From: Camelus dromedarius | Lineage: Eukaryota | Length of the DNA: 64,000 bases | Reading direction: 5' to 3' | NCBI RefSeq assembly: GCF_036321535.1 | Contig: NC_087447.1 | Coordinates: forward strand, 38,070,001 to 38,134,000 | Part shown: positions 29,141 through 43,826 of the stretch, piece after piece | Layout: each line of letters opens with the position of its first letter | Position numbering within the stretch: the stretch's first letter is position 1 | The notes under the pieces: model-generated | The model's input: only the letters and a program-made list of their open reading frames with translations | Databases searched by the model: none | What the model was told of the DNA's origin: nothing | Program-made: the position numbers and the translations under genes

Positions 29141-31659
29141 AATTCCTATTTAACCTTTGAAATTATCAAAGAAATATAAAATGGGGGCAAAAAAAAAATC
29201 TGAATCAATATTAGAAGTTAGATATAATCACCATACTGGAAAGCCCACCTTAGTTATTGCATAAGAAAAGAAGGGAAAAAACCCACCCAGAGAATAAGTG
29301 TAAGGAATTGCCGGCTGGACCCCCAGAACTCATCACCTCATGGCAAGAAAGAATTAAGGAGCAGTAAGGAGGAGGTAAATCACAATTCTCCTTTAGGAAG
29401 AATACTGGATGGGGGCACACAGAGCAACAAGCCAAGCTTAAACGGCGAGGAAAGCTTTCCAGGCAAAACAGATAATGAGGCCTCAGCTGGCTTTTACTGA
29501 GGGCACCATGACAACTAGAGGAGAAAGACAGTTAACCCCCAATTTAGAGCTGCAGTGACTAACATCCTTTCACTTTTTGCTGAAGAATCTTGCTATTTAA
29601 TTTTCTCTAGCTATGGATCCCTTCCTTATCTCACAGGCAAACACATCTCTAACATGGCAAAGCAAACTAGTTGATCATAAACTTTTTTACCCTCTGAGTC
29701 AGAAAGACTTGAAAAGAGGTTTAACACAAACTGACAGAATTAATCTTAACAAATAGTAAACACTTTTCAATGAGTGAGCAAAAAGAAAAACCCCTCAGAC
29801 ATGAAATGCAGACTTAAACAGGAAGAGTATGACAAATCTGAACACATCTCCTTTTGAAACAAAAGAAACAGGAGGAAACATTAAAAAATCTCTAGGTCAC
29901 AGTCATAAGAGTAAAGAAGGTACCTTAATTTCTGAAGTGAGAAATCCTGGATTAAGAAAGATCATTTTCATTAAAAAAAATAATATTCCTAATTTTTTAA
30001 AAAGTCCAACAGAGGTAGTAAACAAATCAGGTACTGCAGAAAACAACACAGCTAATTTTTTTTAAGCCCTCGTCTTTAAAGAAAAGTCTTCATGAACAGC
30101 TGCCACTGGGGGATTCCTTTACCCTCAAGTTCTGGGTTTTAAAATTTAGTAATCCCGTATTTTTTAAAGACCCTTTGTCTTAGTTATCACTCTTATTTTG
30201 CTTAAACACATTTTTATGTAACTTTCTCAGGATGGATGCGACATGATTTTTAAAAAAATCTTTATGTGTCTGAGACCTCTTTATTTTGTTCTTAACACTC
30301 AGCTGTAGCTTTGCTGGATACAGAGCTCTGACTTGAAAATAATCTGTCTATGCCAGCCCTTCCTGTCTCCTCCCCCATTTTACTTCTTTCCTAGCACTTA
30401 TGTCTTTCCTATCATCTCTGTCACTTAGACAAACATCTGTTTATCGTTTTTCCTGCTATACTGGAATGTGAGTTCTATGGGGGTCAGAATTTTTGGGGGT
30501 GCCTGTTTTGTTCAATAATAATACCTGGAATAGTGCCTGTCCCACAGCATGCATCCAATGCCCTTGTGAATGTTTCGTTGCTGAGTCTCTTTAGTTGGGA
30601 AGGATGAGCAGGAACTCTGTAATGTGGATGGGGCTTGTTTACCTAGCAGGTTTTGCTTTAGAATTACCAGTCTGATTTCCAAAATGAGAAAGACTTATCC
30701 TGGTATACTAAATCTCTCCTGGGCACTTCCTTCGGTATCTAACAGATGTGTATTCTGCCTGGCGGTAAATGAGAGTTGCAGTGACTTTGCTTAAAGGTGT
30801 GTGGTGTGTTACATGGGGGATGTGTGTGTCGTAGAGCAGACACGGGTAAATGACATCAAGTCTCTAGGGTTCCACCTAGGCTGCAGCTCCCTTCTAGTCT
30901 ACTTTAATCTCTTAATATTTGCCTATATGTTTTCATTTTCCAGAAACAGTATGAAATTCTTTAATCTACTGGTGATAATACCCTCCCACCTACTCCTCTC
31001 TGTTGTAATGACCTTCATCCCTTACTATTATTTCAGTCAGCAGGAAGGGGAGACAAATGCACAGGTTCAGTCACTGTCTTGATCCGTATTTGGGCAGACA
31101 AACATCTATGACTATCTCAGATCTACAATTCTCAGCTTAAAAAGGTTTTGTTTCCTTTTACCCCAAATCAAAATATTCTACAAACGATAATATCTCAGGC
31201 ACTGATCTCCATCTTTCACCAACCTTTCATTTGGAAGTAGCTCAGAAATCTCTTAGAATTTTAATACTGACATCCCTCCAGGATAAACCTACTAAATGTT
31301 TTACCTTTCATGGCAAGGATTAAAAATAACCCTCCTAAGTCTTCCCGCACACTTCCCTTAGCACGAGAATGCAGAATGCTTGATCCAGTTGGTGGTGTTC
31401 TACACTGCTAAGCTTCTCATCATACACTGGAGGAGTAATAGTATCTTTCACTAATTGTGGCCTGATTAGTCCTATTGAGCATCCCAACATGGGAGAGCCT
31501 GCTTTATTACATAATAAACAGGTTAAGCCTCAGGCTTTCACAGGAGTCCTTATCTCACAGGCGCTGAAGAAGGACTCATGAATTTCATCACTCTGGGAAG
31601 AACAGAATATTTCACACAAGTTTGGCAGTCCTGCAGAGCAAAGAAATAAGACATCCTTC

Positions 31660-32240
31660 AACATTCAGCAAGTATTTACTGAATGCCTTTTGTGGGCTAG
31701 GCACCATTCTAGGTATTAGAGAATAAGAGAGATAAAAACCCCTGCCTGGCCTCATGGAAACTTACATTCCACCAAGGAGAGGCATGTGGACAACAGAATA
31801 CACAAGCAAAAGACACAGTATGCTAAATGATCACTGCTATGGAAAAAATGAAGCAGAGAAGGAATGCCAGGGAGGGGCTTTTGAAATTTTAGCTGGAAAG
31901 AGGTGACAAAGTGAGTTCTATAGATGTCTGGGGAAAGAGCACTCTGGGGAGGGAGAACAGGAAGTGCCCAGGTTCTCCAAACAGAAGTGTGCCCAGAACA
32001 TAGAAGGAAATAGCAAGGAGGCCAGCAGGGCTAGACCTGAGTGAATTTAAAAAAGGAGAATTAATGGAAGCTCAATCTTGTAGGGCCTCTGAGCCACTGT
32101 ACTGACTGTCTTTTACTAAGAGTGAGGACTCGGAACACAGAGTAAAATAATGCACATTCAAACTGGGCCACTCTGGCTGCTTTGTGTTGAAACCAAACTG
32201 ATGGGGAGCAGAAAGTAAGCAAGGAGACTGGGTAGAAGAT
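31660..32240. mobile_element. LINE-2 fragment
   Basis: CATTCAGCAAGTATTTACTGAATGCC...GGCACCATTCTAGG L2 3'-end motif; AGCAAGGAGGCCAG. Confidence 0.7.
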
Positions 32241-33379
32241 GATACTTTTTCACAGCTGATCTCTGATCAGTTTTCTTTCCATCCCTTCCCTTCCCATTGC
32301 TTCATTTCCTGGCAGTCCTTAACAATGAGAAGTTAGAAGTAAACATGGTTACTGGGTATGTCCAGACTTCACATTTGTAATTTGATCAGGACAACAGTTT
32401 TGAGTATATAACTTATATAAATTATATTCATGTGTCATTGTTTTAAATTATCTGCATGCAAGCAAGACAAATAACACTAGAATTCACTCACTTGTAATAT
32501 CCTTGACCAAGAAGTAATAAACAAGTATGACTCACCTATACTCAAACTAATAAAAGAGAGAATGAAAGCAGAGGTTGGGATAGAATAGTAAATAATTTTT
32601 GTCTAAATGATAACTGATTCAGCAGAAAACTTTCCAAATGTTACCTCTTTTTCCGCTTAGTCATATCAGGTATATATTCTGAAGTTCAGAAAGATAAGGG
32701 TTACTTGCCTAATGTCACACAGCTAATATTCAGTAACTAGAAATCAAACTCTTGATCCCAAGACCAGTGTTTTTTCCACTATGCAACTACTACCCAGGTC
32801 TGGGACTTGCCACAGGACTTGGATTTTCAAAGATTATGAAATGCTAGGCTAGAGGAAATGGGTATGTGATTCTTGCCAAATGATACTGCAACTGAGGAGA
32901 TGTGCACTTGTTAGTGGGTAATTTCTTCCAAAGCAATTCTTAGAAAGTGGAAAAATAGTATCTAGATTGAAATTTGTTTAAAAGTTACCTGTGGAAATCA
33001 TGGGCTATGAATATGAATACTTCTCCAATGAATCTAATTGGAGAAAATGAATCACATAGCACTTTTCATCCTCTCTCTGAATCTTGTTTTTATTCTGGCT
33101 AGAGAATCTACCGGCTATATTTTAAATAGTGGGAGTGTGTGAAAGGGAAGAAATGAGAAGAGGAACACAGAGGATGGCTATAAAAGATGAAAGAACCAGA
33201 ACTGAGGTTTGAACATAGAACAACAAAGCGAGGAAGTAAGACGAATTCAGCAAACAGTCGTTGACAACTTACTTTTTGTTAAGGCAGGCAGGCAGGCAGA
33301 AATACAAAGCTGACACTTCAGGAATCACCAGCCCAAACAAACACCCACAACCACACTAAATTCTAACTAAAACCAAGTA

Positions 33380-33669
33380 TGGACATCCCAAGGTATCTGC
33401 AGGGAATTGGTTCTGGGACCCCTACAGATGCTCAAATCCCTTACATAAAATGGCCTGGTATTTTCATATAACCTATGCACATCCTTTGTATTCTTAAATC
33501 TTCTCTAGATTACTTATAAGACCTAATACAACATAAATAGTTGTGGTGTGCAGCAAATTCAAGTTTTGCTGTTTGGAGATTTCTGGAATTTTTTTATTTT
33601 CAAATATTTTTGATCCACAATTGGTTGAATTCATGGAGGCAGAATCCCTGGATATGGAGGGCTGACTGT
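33380..33669. mobile_element. TcMar-Tigger MITE (MER2-like)
   Basis: GGTATCTGCAGGGAATTGGTTC...GATGCTCAAATCCCTTACATAAAATGG...GGATATGGAGGGCTGACTG|TA. Confidence 0.8.
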
Positions 33670-34234
33670 ATTTAGTTCCAAGTCCTAATGTTTAAAGCCA
33701 TTATATTTAAGAGTATCCATTTGCTGGGAACTCCTACTTCTTATGCAAATGGTAACCCTAAAGGAATCTTGCACCTTATCAGCTGTACTGGATACAAAAA
33801 TAATGTGGTACTAGAAGATTTTATATATATACATATGAATATTTGCAGAGCTAAGAGACTTAAGAGTCTGCATATCATAGTACATCTTACGGGAAAAAAG
33901 AGGAGGACAACAACAAAAATAACAATAGTCCTCAATCATTATAGTTTTTAGCCATACGAAGGATCTTACCAGAAGGAAAAGTCTTACCACTAGTCAAAGT
34001 CTTATCAGTTTGATCAAAGGCAAAGATTCTAACAGCATGGACTCCAGAATTTCATAAACAGCAAGTTACTCTTTCAGGAACAGGTTATTTATTTTCTTGT
34101 TGAAGGAGATGATTTTTCTCTAACTCTTTAGCATATATGGTATCAATGTCATGGTTATTATCCATGTACCTAAAGGCCAAGTGACTCAACAAAGGGAAAT
34201 ACAGCATGGCTGTAAAATTTGAGAATCACCCTTA

Positions 34235-34597
<363 letters not shown>

Positions 34598-35699
34598 TTA
34601 AAACAGTATGCTATTTCCAACATACATGCTAAGAGAGAGAGAGTATTAAACAAGACCCTGAAGTCACTCACTTTCCATGATGCTGTCCTACTGAGGCTAA
34701 TGATACCTTTTAAAAACCTCTGATTTTCTAATCATTTGATTTTTCCTGTGACCCTGGCCATTATATCTAACCTTTAAACAACAATCCAGAGAATAAAATT
34801 TCATGAAAACAGTATAGAGATTTAGGAGTTGAATACATTAACAAACTAAGCTTCTCAAATACATACTTTTCAAATCTTATCTAGGTACATTTCATTTGTA
34901 ATCCTGACTACAACCCTTCTTCCCCTTCTTTTTCCTTCCATGAAGTCTCTTATAAAATAAGGAAAAGAAAAACTGAAAACTGAAAAGGCATGGAAAGCTG
35001 AGGAATGACTCAGTCAGTATAACTCTTTTTATCTTCAAGTTAGAAACAGCATTTTCACTATCAGCACTGTGCTTTTGGTGTCCTTCATATCTTACTGTTT
35101 GTTTCCTCCTTTTTTATAATTTGGTGGCTTTATTTAGATGGTCACTCAATTGTTTCTGCTAAAGAGATCTTAAAGTATAAGAAGGAAATAATAAACTATA
35201 TTGAGTAGACAGCAAATGAAACCAGGAAGATATTAGAAAGATAGAAAATTTCATTGGTTGTGTTCACCAGTGGAAACTTAGAATAATGTCCTCACTTGTC
35301 AAAGTCCAAAGGGATTTTATGATAATTTAGTTCACTCAGTAATACCATCACAAGAATTTTTTAACATAATGACTTTAATACACACTAGTGATAATTACAA
35401 AGATACCTAATTATTTTCATGCTATTTATAATTTTATACCTAAATTGAGTTTTAGAATCACTCACACTAAATCTACTTCTTAAAACAATTATAAAAAGTA
35501 AAAATAAGAGTGAAACATATGGATAAAGATATATTTATTCACATTTCTAGTAAGATTGTAATTATCAATATCAGAGTCAATAACTTCAGTTTTTCCCCTG
35601 CATTATATGCATTTCATAGTCCCTCTAAAATTAAAATATGTATATATATAAAAAATAGCAAAAGACTTCCTTTTAAACTCAAGAATAAAAACCAATATT

Positions 35700-37075
35700 C
35701 TGAAACCTAAAGAAGACTTAAGTGGAAAAATACACACATTCATGGTTCAGAAGACTTAATATTGTTAAGATGGCAATACTCCCCAAAATGATTTATAGTT
35801 CAACACAATCCGTATCGAAACCTCAGCTGGCTTTTTTTGGCAGAGATATACAAGCCGATCCTAAAATTCATATGAAATACAAGAGATTCAGATTAGCCAA
35901 AACAATTCTGAAAAGGAAGAACGAAGTTGGAGGACTCACTGCCCAATTTCGAGGCTTACTACAAAGCTTTAGTAATGAAGACAGTGTGGTATTGGCCTAA
36001 GGATAGACAGATCAATAGAATAGAATTCAGAGTCCTGAAGTAAATCATATTTCTGGCCAATTGATTTTGGACAAGAATGCCAAGACCTTGTTGAGAGCCA
36101 ACTACCCTGCATGATGCTAGACACTTTCATACATGTTATTTCATTTAATGCTCACATCTTATAAGGTAGAAACTCTGATTTAGTAATATTTAAGAGACAA
36201 CTATGTATAGAATATATAAAGAACTTTTTTCAACAAATGCTGCTGGGACAACTAGATACCTACATGCTAAAAGAATGTTGGACCTCTTCCTTCATCCCCC
36301 CGAATAAGTTCCAATGGATCCTAGGCTTAAACTTTCTAGCTAGCTATAACTTTGAAACTCCTAGAAGAAAACATAGTAAATCTTCATTACCTTGAGTTGC
36401 ACAAACCCTTCTTAGATATGACATCAAAACCATGAGCAATGAAAGAAAAAAAATCAGATAAATTAAGCTTCATCAAAATTAAAACCTTTTGTGCTTTGAA
36501 AGACACTATTAAAAAAGTGAAAAGACATCTCAATGTGAGAAAATAGCTGCAAAACATAAATCTGATAAGGCACTTATATCCAGAATATATAAAGAACTTC
36601 TACAACTCAATAATAAAAAGACAAATGACCAATTATAAAAAGACACATTTTAAAATGGACAAAGGACATGAACAGACATTTCTCCAAAGATGATATACAA
36701 GTGGCCCATAACCACATGAAAAGATGCTCAACATTATATATTAAGGAAATGCAAATTTAAAAAAAAAACACTTTTTACCTACTAGGATGGCTATCAAAAA
36801 GATAGTAACAAGAAATAGCAAGAAATTGGAAATTTCATACAGTGTACATAGGAATGTAAAATAATGCAGTCACTTTGGAAAATAGTTTGGCAGTTCCTCA
36901 AAATATTTACCACAAAGTCACCGTATGACCCAGCAATTCCACAAAACTAGGTATATGGCCAAGAGAAGTGAAAACAAATCCCCACACAAAAACTGGTAGA
37001 CAAATATTCATGGAAGCATTAGTCACAACAGCCCAAAAGCAGAAAGAACCCAAATTTCCATCAACTGTATATTGG
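35700..37075 (+). mobile_element. Old LINE-1 ORF2 3' part
   Basis: ORF 35722..36000 (SWFRRLNIVKMAILPKMIY...[16 protein letters not shown]) is L1 ORF2. Confidence 0.88.
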
Positions 37076-37159
37076 CTGATAAGAAAGTGAGAAGAGGATG
37101 AAAAAAATTGCTTAATATATAAAATAAATACATACCAAAGTAACGAGGAAAATACATAT

Positions 37160-38500
37160 GGCTATTATGGACTTCCATTTCTGTGACTGGTCAATAGCTG
37201 TATTTGGAATTTATCACCTTCTTATTCTACCACCCAGTCCTGGTTCCCCTTGTCCTCAGCCAGCCTCTCTGCTGACTATGGTTTTTTGCCTAGTGTGATG
37301 ACCCATACTTTCAAGGGTCTATACTATTAGTGACCCTGATGGCACTGGATTGTTTTCCATTATCTTTTGTTACTAGACATGGGACTACCAAAAAGGCCAG
37401 AGGATCCCCTGGGTTCCTGACATAACATCCTCCCATGAGTAATAGGAAACCTATTTTTTTCTTGATAATAAGGATCAGACTGGATCAATCACCCGGACCT
37501 TGTACAGAATCCTCCTCCTTTGTCTGTTGGTTCAAAGGCACAAAGTGGCCAGATGTTAATCTCAATTCCTAGTTTCCCTTCTATGTGTCCCCTTGTTGGA
37601 AGCTTTTTTCCTTTGGGAACTAATTATGTGTAAGCCAATTTTCTGTTTGTTTGTCTAGGTGAGAGGCAAGCAAAAATATTTTCTAAGTGGACTCTTTGAG
37701 GTAACAGAAAAAATCCTCCTAATCCTACTCTTTGGTTCACAGATTTGAGTATTCTGGGATAGCAGAAGTGATACCATATATTGGGTCACTGGTTCAGAAG
37801 ATAAACCACACTTTGTGGGACAGCACCTTAGCCTCACAGTGTTTTCCCCTAACAGGTACTCCAACTGAGTCTCAGTATGTCATTTCATCATCCTCTCAGG
37901 CCAGCTGTGGGATGATAAGGTTCATGAAAAGATCAGTAAATTCTGTGGACATAAGCCCACTGCAACAATTTTTGGAGGCAAAATGAGTTACTTGATAATG
38001 CAATACTGTATGTAATAACCCAATGATGAATAAGGCATTCAGTTATGTTCATAGGTGGTGATGGTGAAGCACCGTAGACAGTAAAAGTAAATCCATATCC
38101 AGAATAAGAACAAAAGCTATCTCTTCCATAAAATGAGAGATACAATATAATCAACCCACTATCAGATAGATGGCTGGATGTTCCCCCAGGGAATGGTACT
38201 ATATCAAGGGCTCACTTCTGCTCTCTCCTGTTGGCAAGCTGGGCGCTCAACAGAAGCCAGAGCTAGGTCAGCTTCAGTGAGAAGTCCATGTTGTTGAACT
38301 CATACATAATTTCCATGCTTGCCATCTTGACTACTGTGTTGATAAGCCCATTGAATGAGAACTGGAGTAGCTAAGGAAAAAGACTGATATCAAGAGACGG
38401 GCTCATTTTGACTACTTGATTACTGAGTGCCTCCTTTGCAGTGAATGCCCTTTGGTAAGTATATTAGACAGGGTTCTACAGAGAAACAGAACCAATTGTC

Positions 38501-38587
<87 letters not shown>

Positions 38588-39940
38588 GATTGATTTATTT
38601 TAAGGAATTGGCTAATGTATACATGGAGGCTGGCAAGTCCAGAATCTGCAGGACAGGCTAGCAAGCTGAAGACCTAGGTAAGAGCCAGTGTTGCAGTTCA
38701 AGTATGAAGGCTGTCTGCAGGCGGAGTTCCTTCTTGCTGGGGAAGTCAGCCTCTGTTCTATTAAAGCCTTCAACTGATGAGGCCTCCCCACATTATGAAG
38801 CACAGTCTGCTTCACTCAAAATCCTCTGATTTAAACGTTAACCTCATAAAATACAGCCTCACAGAAACATCCAAAATAATGTTTGACCAAATATCTGAAC
38901 ACCGTGGCCCAACCAAGTTGACACATAAAATTAATCATCACAGTAAACATTCACATGGGAAACAAATATGCTCCACTCTGGGAAGGCTAGCCACAAGTCT
39001 CAGAATTCCTTGTCACCAATTTTCTAATCTTCCTTCTAAAACCCTAAGTATCCAAGCAAGCTATTACCCACCGGCCATATATCAATGCAGATACTTTCCC
39101 CTGGTCATCTCTTTCAAGACCAATAAACAAGCAGATTCACTGCTTGGTGTTCTGCCTACTGGTAGGATTTACCTTCCCCTATTAACCTTCAAAGGACACC
39201 TTTGAATGAGCCTCTAAGGTGGCAGTCATCCACTTTCAGGAGGTACTGGCATATGGAATAAGACCATCTGTAAACCAGGTCTTTTCTCTTTCAGACAGCT
39301 GGTCGTAGGAGATTCCCCGTGGAGCCATATGTATTGAGGAGGAGCGCCAATGTATTAGCAACAGGGGTCACAGGAATCTGAGTTCATATTTTGAGTCTTG
39401 AGTGCCTTCAGGAGTAGCTCAAAGCTAATCTTGTATTTATACCTCCTCTTGATAATTGAGTACTAATGTACATGCCAAGTTTACAAACTGGAGGGTCAGA
39501 GGGCACAAGTTCATGATAGACAGGTCATGTGGCAACCTAGTGCACATGGCCAAATATTCAAAATCTGTCAGAGCCCAGTAATAATCTAACAGCTGTTTAC
39601 ACAATGGAGAACAGTTATCTGAGGAAGGACTGGCATTGTCTCAAAATCCAAGAATTTACACTGATTCTCTTGTATTGATCTTCCATAAGTCCCCCAGAGG
39701 AACTCAGTCTGCCAAAGACACTTTGAAAACTGCTGGAAGATATAGCCTGATCTCTTACTGTTTGTAGTAAACATGCAGGAGGAAAGTGATAGACTGAGGG
39801 AGAACTCTTAAGCAAAAAAGAATCAGAAATTGATATTTGGGAAATTCTCAATCTGTCCAGACTACAAAAGATATTAAAGTAAGAGATTTCACTGTCAGGA
39901 ACAGGTACTCTGGACAGAAAGCCACGGTTGTAGCTGGACC
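37160..39940 (-). mobile_element. ERVL/MaLR-type internal region remnant, heavily decayed
   Basis: Sequence resembles ERVL/MLT internal pol-integrase regions; no long ORF; family and boundaries approximate. Confidence 0.5.
38460..38942 (-). mobile_element. ERVL LTR (MLT2-like) containing a (TG)n(AG)n microsatellite
   Basis: GGGTTCTACAGAGAAACAGAACCAAT...CAAGTTGACACATAAAATTAATCATCACA; microsatellite at about 38500-38589. Confidence 0.88.
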
Positions 39941-39959
39941 ACTTTTTGCTAATTCGTTT

Positions 39960-40365
39960 GAAGGATGAAAAGGTCAGGGTCAGAGACAGACGTGAAGATG
40001 CTATGCTACTGTCTTTGAAGAAGGGGCCATGAACAATGGAATGTAAGTGGCTTGTAGAAGCTGGAGGGGTAAGGAAACAGATTCTCCATTAGAGACTAGG
40101 AAGAAAACAACCCTGTTGACACCTGGATTTTAGCCCAGTTGAACCTGTTTCAGACTTACGGTTCCAGAACTATAAGTTAATAAATCTGTACTGTTTTAAG
40201 CCACTAAGTCTGTGGTAATTTGTTACAGCAGCAATAGGGAACTAACACAGATTTTGGTACCTGGAAGTGGGGTGTTACTGTAACAAATACCTGAAGATGT
40301 GGAAGTAGCTTTGGAATTGGGCAGTGGGTGAAGACTGCAAGAATTCTGAAGAGCATGATAGAAAC
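39960..40365 (+). mobile_element. MLT1 LTR plus start of the MaLR internal sequence
   Basis: TTTTAAGCCACTAAGTCTGTGGTAATTTGTTACAGCAGCAATAGG..AACTAACACA ends at 40249, followed by GATTTTGGTACC (MLT1-int start). Confidence 0.85.
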
Positions 40366-41426
40366 CAATAAAAGATACTAATCAGTACATTCAAGAAGTT
40401 CACCAAACTCCGAGCAGGATGAATACAAAGAATATCGTCTGAGTACATCACAGTCAAAATGCTAAAAATCAGTAGCAAAGAGAAAAGGGACATCACACTT
40501 TTAAGGAGAAATAAGACTCATGGCTGATTTGTCAAAAGAAACTACAGAAGTCAGAAAATGTAAAGATATCTACAAATGCACTGAAATAAAAAAAAATTCT
40601 TCTAAGATAAAATAAATCTATCTACAAACAAAAAAGCTGCAGAAAATTATATCATCTCTGACAGAAGCACAGAACTACTGGAAGGAAGGAAGAGAACTAG
40701 GAAAGACTAAACACGGATGGCAGACAAAAAAGAACCAGTGACATAAGGCAAATCCGTCAGACGACGACAGCACTTTAGACTCAACTACCAAAGAAAGTAA
40801 AGCAGTAGCTACGACTATGACCTTTACAGTAATTAGTATGGTAATATTTCTCAGGCATTTGTAACTGAGCAAATTCTGTCCTGGTTTACATATGGGTCTG
40901 TATGTGTGTATCTTATTGGAGTATTTCTCTCCTCTTTTATAAACTAGAATAAGAGCCATGAGTGTTATAGTTAATTATATTTGTATGAGTAATTATATTT
41001 ATGATGAAGAAACAAAATTTGAATGTTAAAAGTTTTTTAATAACATCATTTAAAGACTTATGTGGGGCTCTAAAACATGTTCCCTTTTGTTGGGACTTTT
41101 ATATATTTTAAATTTACATGATACACCTAAAACAGAAAACCAAGATTGAAAGAAAAGCAAAGAAATGATTATCATCATATTTAGGATAGTGGCTACATCT
41201 GTGGAGAAAGCAGCAGGATAGGACACAGAAAAGAAACATGGTGGATTCAGTAGTATTGAGTCTTAACTCTTAAAATGGGTAGTGGATTTCTAATTTGCAT
41301 GTCACTCTTATGCATCAAAATTTACATAGTCCTTTATATGTACCAAAGTTTACTGAATAAAAAATTTAAAAGAACAGAGATAATGAAATGAGATAGCTTG
41401 ATTTATTATTCCTAATCAAACAATCA

Positions 41427-41585
<159 letters not shown>

Positions 41586-42565
41586 TTATAAAAATGATCA
41601 TTCTGTTATTTTTAACATAAGATATTTTAAAAAATACTCTCTAGTCATACTGTATTCTCATAAATAAAATATACGGCTTAGAATAATTTCCCACAATTTT
41701 TGTTTCATATTTTATAATAAAGTCTCTTGATGTGTTAAAAAGTTTTCTTTTAAAAACTTTCACATATACTATGAAAACATAGTAGAAGGGTCAAAGAAAA
41801 GGCAGGGTAACCAGGGCTAGTTGAAAGGCACTGGAAAATTTACCTAAGGTTGCTGTTTTATGGTTTTTAAAAATATGTAAATAGCATCTGGATTATGGAA
41901 ACCCATGTTTGTAAACAAAACAGTTTCTGCACACAGACACATAGAACAGTTACAAATTTTGGATACTTGAACCCCCCACACCCACTCCAAAAATAAATAC
42001 CTATCTCTCAGGCCTGCTATAAGGATTACATATTAAAAGATAACATAAAACATCAAGAACAGTGACTGACACGTAGTATATGATCAGTACAACACTGGTT
42101 TGCTGAAATACTGCTTTGTGGAAAGATAAGACCTACAACTGAAATCCAGCTTTGCTATTTCCCATTTTACGATCTTGGGAAAGATCCTTCTGAGTTTTTA
42201 CTTCTCACCTATAAAGGGTAGATAATACAATCTTTCCAACAAAGATTAAACGAGATAACCTTTGTGAAGCTAGTGATTATAGTCATAGCTGTTACTTCAA
42301 CAAATATTTAATGAGTACCCACCGTGTCGCATTAGCAGATGATACAATAGTGAGTGTTCAGACCATACAGGTAGGACACAATGTCAGCCCACTAGGAGCT
42401 TAATTGTTATCAATACAATCACCACCTTTTATTGACCATTTACTGTGTGCCATGAATTTTTATTTACCTGAATTATCACTACCTGTGGGGTAGGTACTAT
42501 TGTTATTCTTACTTACAAATTTGGAAACTAAAATTTAGAAAAGTTAGATCCCAGAGACTCTTGTC

Positions 42566-42919
42566 TTTTTTTTTTTTTTCCAAATTAAATAATGAATGTG
42601 TTTTCATTTCTCCCATAATTTAAAAAATGTGAACATTCTGTAATTCAGCCACAGCCTTTACTTCCAGGTGACTTCTTCATTGGGCCTCAATTCCCTTTTA
42701 AATAAGAGACTCTTGTTCTGGAAGGCAATTAGTTTTACATCATTCTTTTTGTCTAGATACCATCCAAAGACAAACCCCACAGGGACAAGTATATGTACCC
42801 AGTGGTCACGCACAGCCTGAAGTGAACTCAACACGAATGCTGCAGCCTCGGAGCCAATGACGACCCCACGACCAAGGGCAGCAGCAAACCCAGCCAGCGG
42901 TGCCGGCGGACGCTCCCGG
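42566..42919 (-). pseudogene. NDUFB1: Full-length processed copy of NDUFB1 (complex I subunit B1) with 5' UTR, 58-codon frame at 42834-42658, 3' UTR and poly(A)
   Basis: Hand translation [58 protein letters not shown]; no introns; T14 at 42566-42579; flanking repeat GA(C/G)TCTTGTCTT at 42556-42567 and 42920-42931. Confidence 0.95.
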
Positions 42920-43706
42920 GAGTCTTGTCTTAACTGATATATGTCCCAACTGGAGGTGACAGTGAAGACGCCTCACCACGTTCATTTCTCCATTCTCCTT
43001 CCCTTGCAGTCTGCCTTAAAATATCATTTTATTCCATTTATAAAATTCAGCCACTTTTCAAAATGCCTCTTTGTAAGTGGTAATTATAGTACATATAACT
43101 CACATTCAATTATTAAGCATTCACCAATATTAATAAGTTAAGCCAATTTAAAAATAATTTGCTCAAAAAAAAGTGTGTCCACATGGAAGTTAACTGTGAA
43201 ATGAATCAATACATAAAGAAAACTATCTTTTCCTAATATAAAATTAAGATTCCATTTTACCATAAAATCAAATCACCATCAAAAATTATTTCACAAATCA
43301 GGACACAGTTAAAAACAAATTCTATGGATAAATTTTAAGCATTTCAAAGTCAAGAAATTCTGAAACTCATGACTTAATATTACCAAACACTTGAAAAGGT
43401 AAGGTAGTAAGATGATATGATTAACATAAAAAGATGTGTACTACACAATCAAGTGAAACAGATTATAAATAGGTATCAATATTATTCACTTCATAAACAA
43501 TAAATATATGTAAGTAAAAGTCCTGAAGGAGATACACCAAAACGTTAACAGTAGTCAGTTAACTCTGGGTAGGCAGGTGCAGATTTCTTTTTAAATCTCC
43601 ATTTTCCAACTTTCCCAAACGTGTAATTTAGAAAGTGTTGAAAGGACTATCTGTAGGAAAAGTTTTAAAACCAGTATTATTTCAACTTAAATAATAAGAT
43701 ATGTTA

Positions 43707-43826
<120 letters not shown>

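Noticed and set aside
38777..39205. 142-aa ORF
   Set aside because: Spans an MLT2 LTR end and decayed ERVL-type sequence; no coherent domain
42553..42716. 12-bp direct repeat AGAGACTCTTGT (42553-42564 and 42705-42716), first read as the TSD of a short insert
   Set aside because: The second copy lies inside the NDUFB1 coding frame (NKSL codons), which continues to 42834; the better TSD is at 42920-42931
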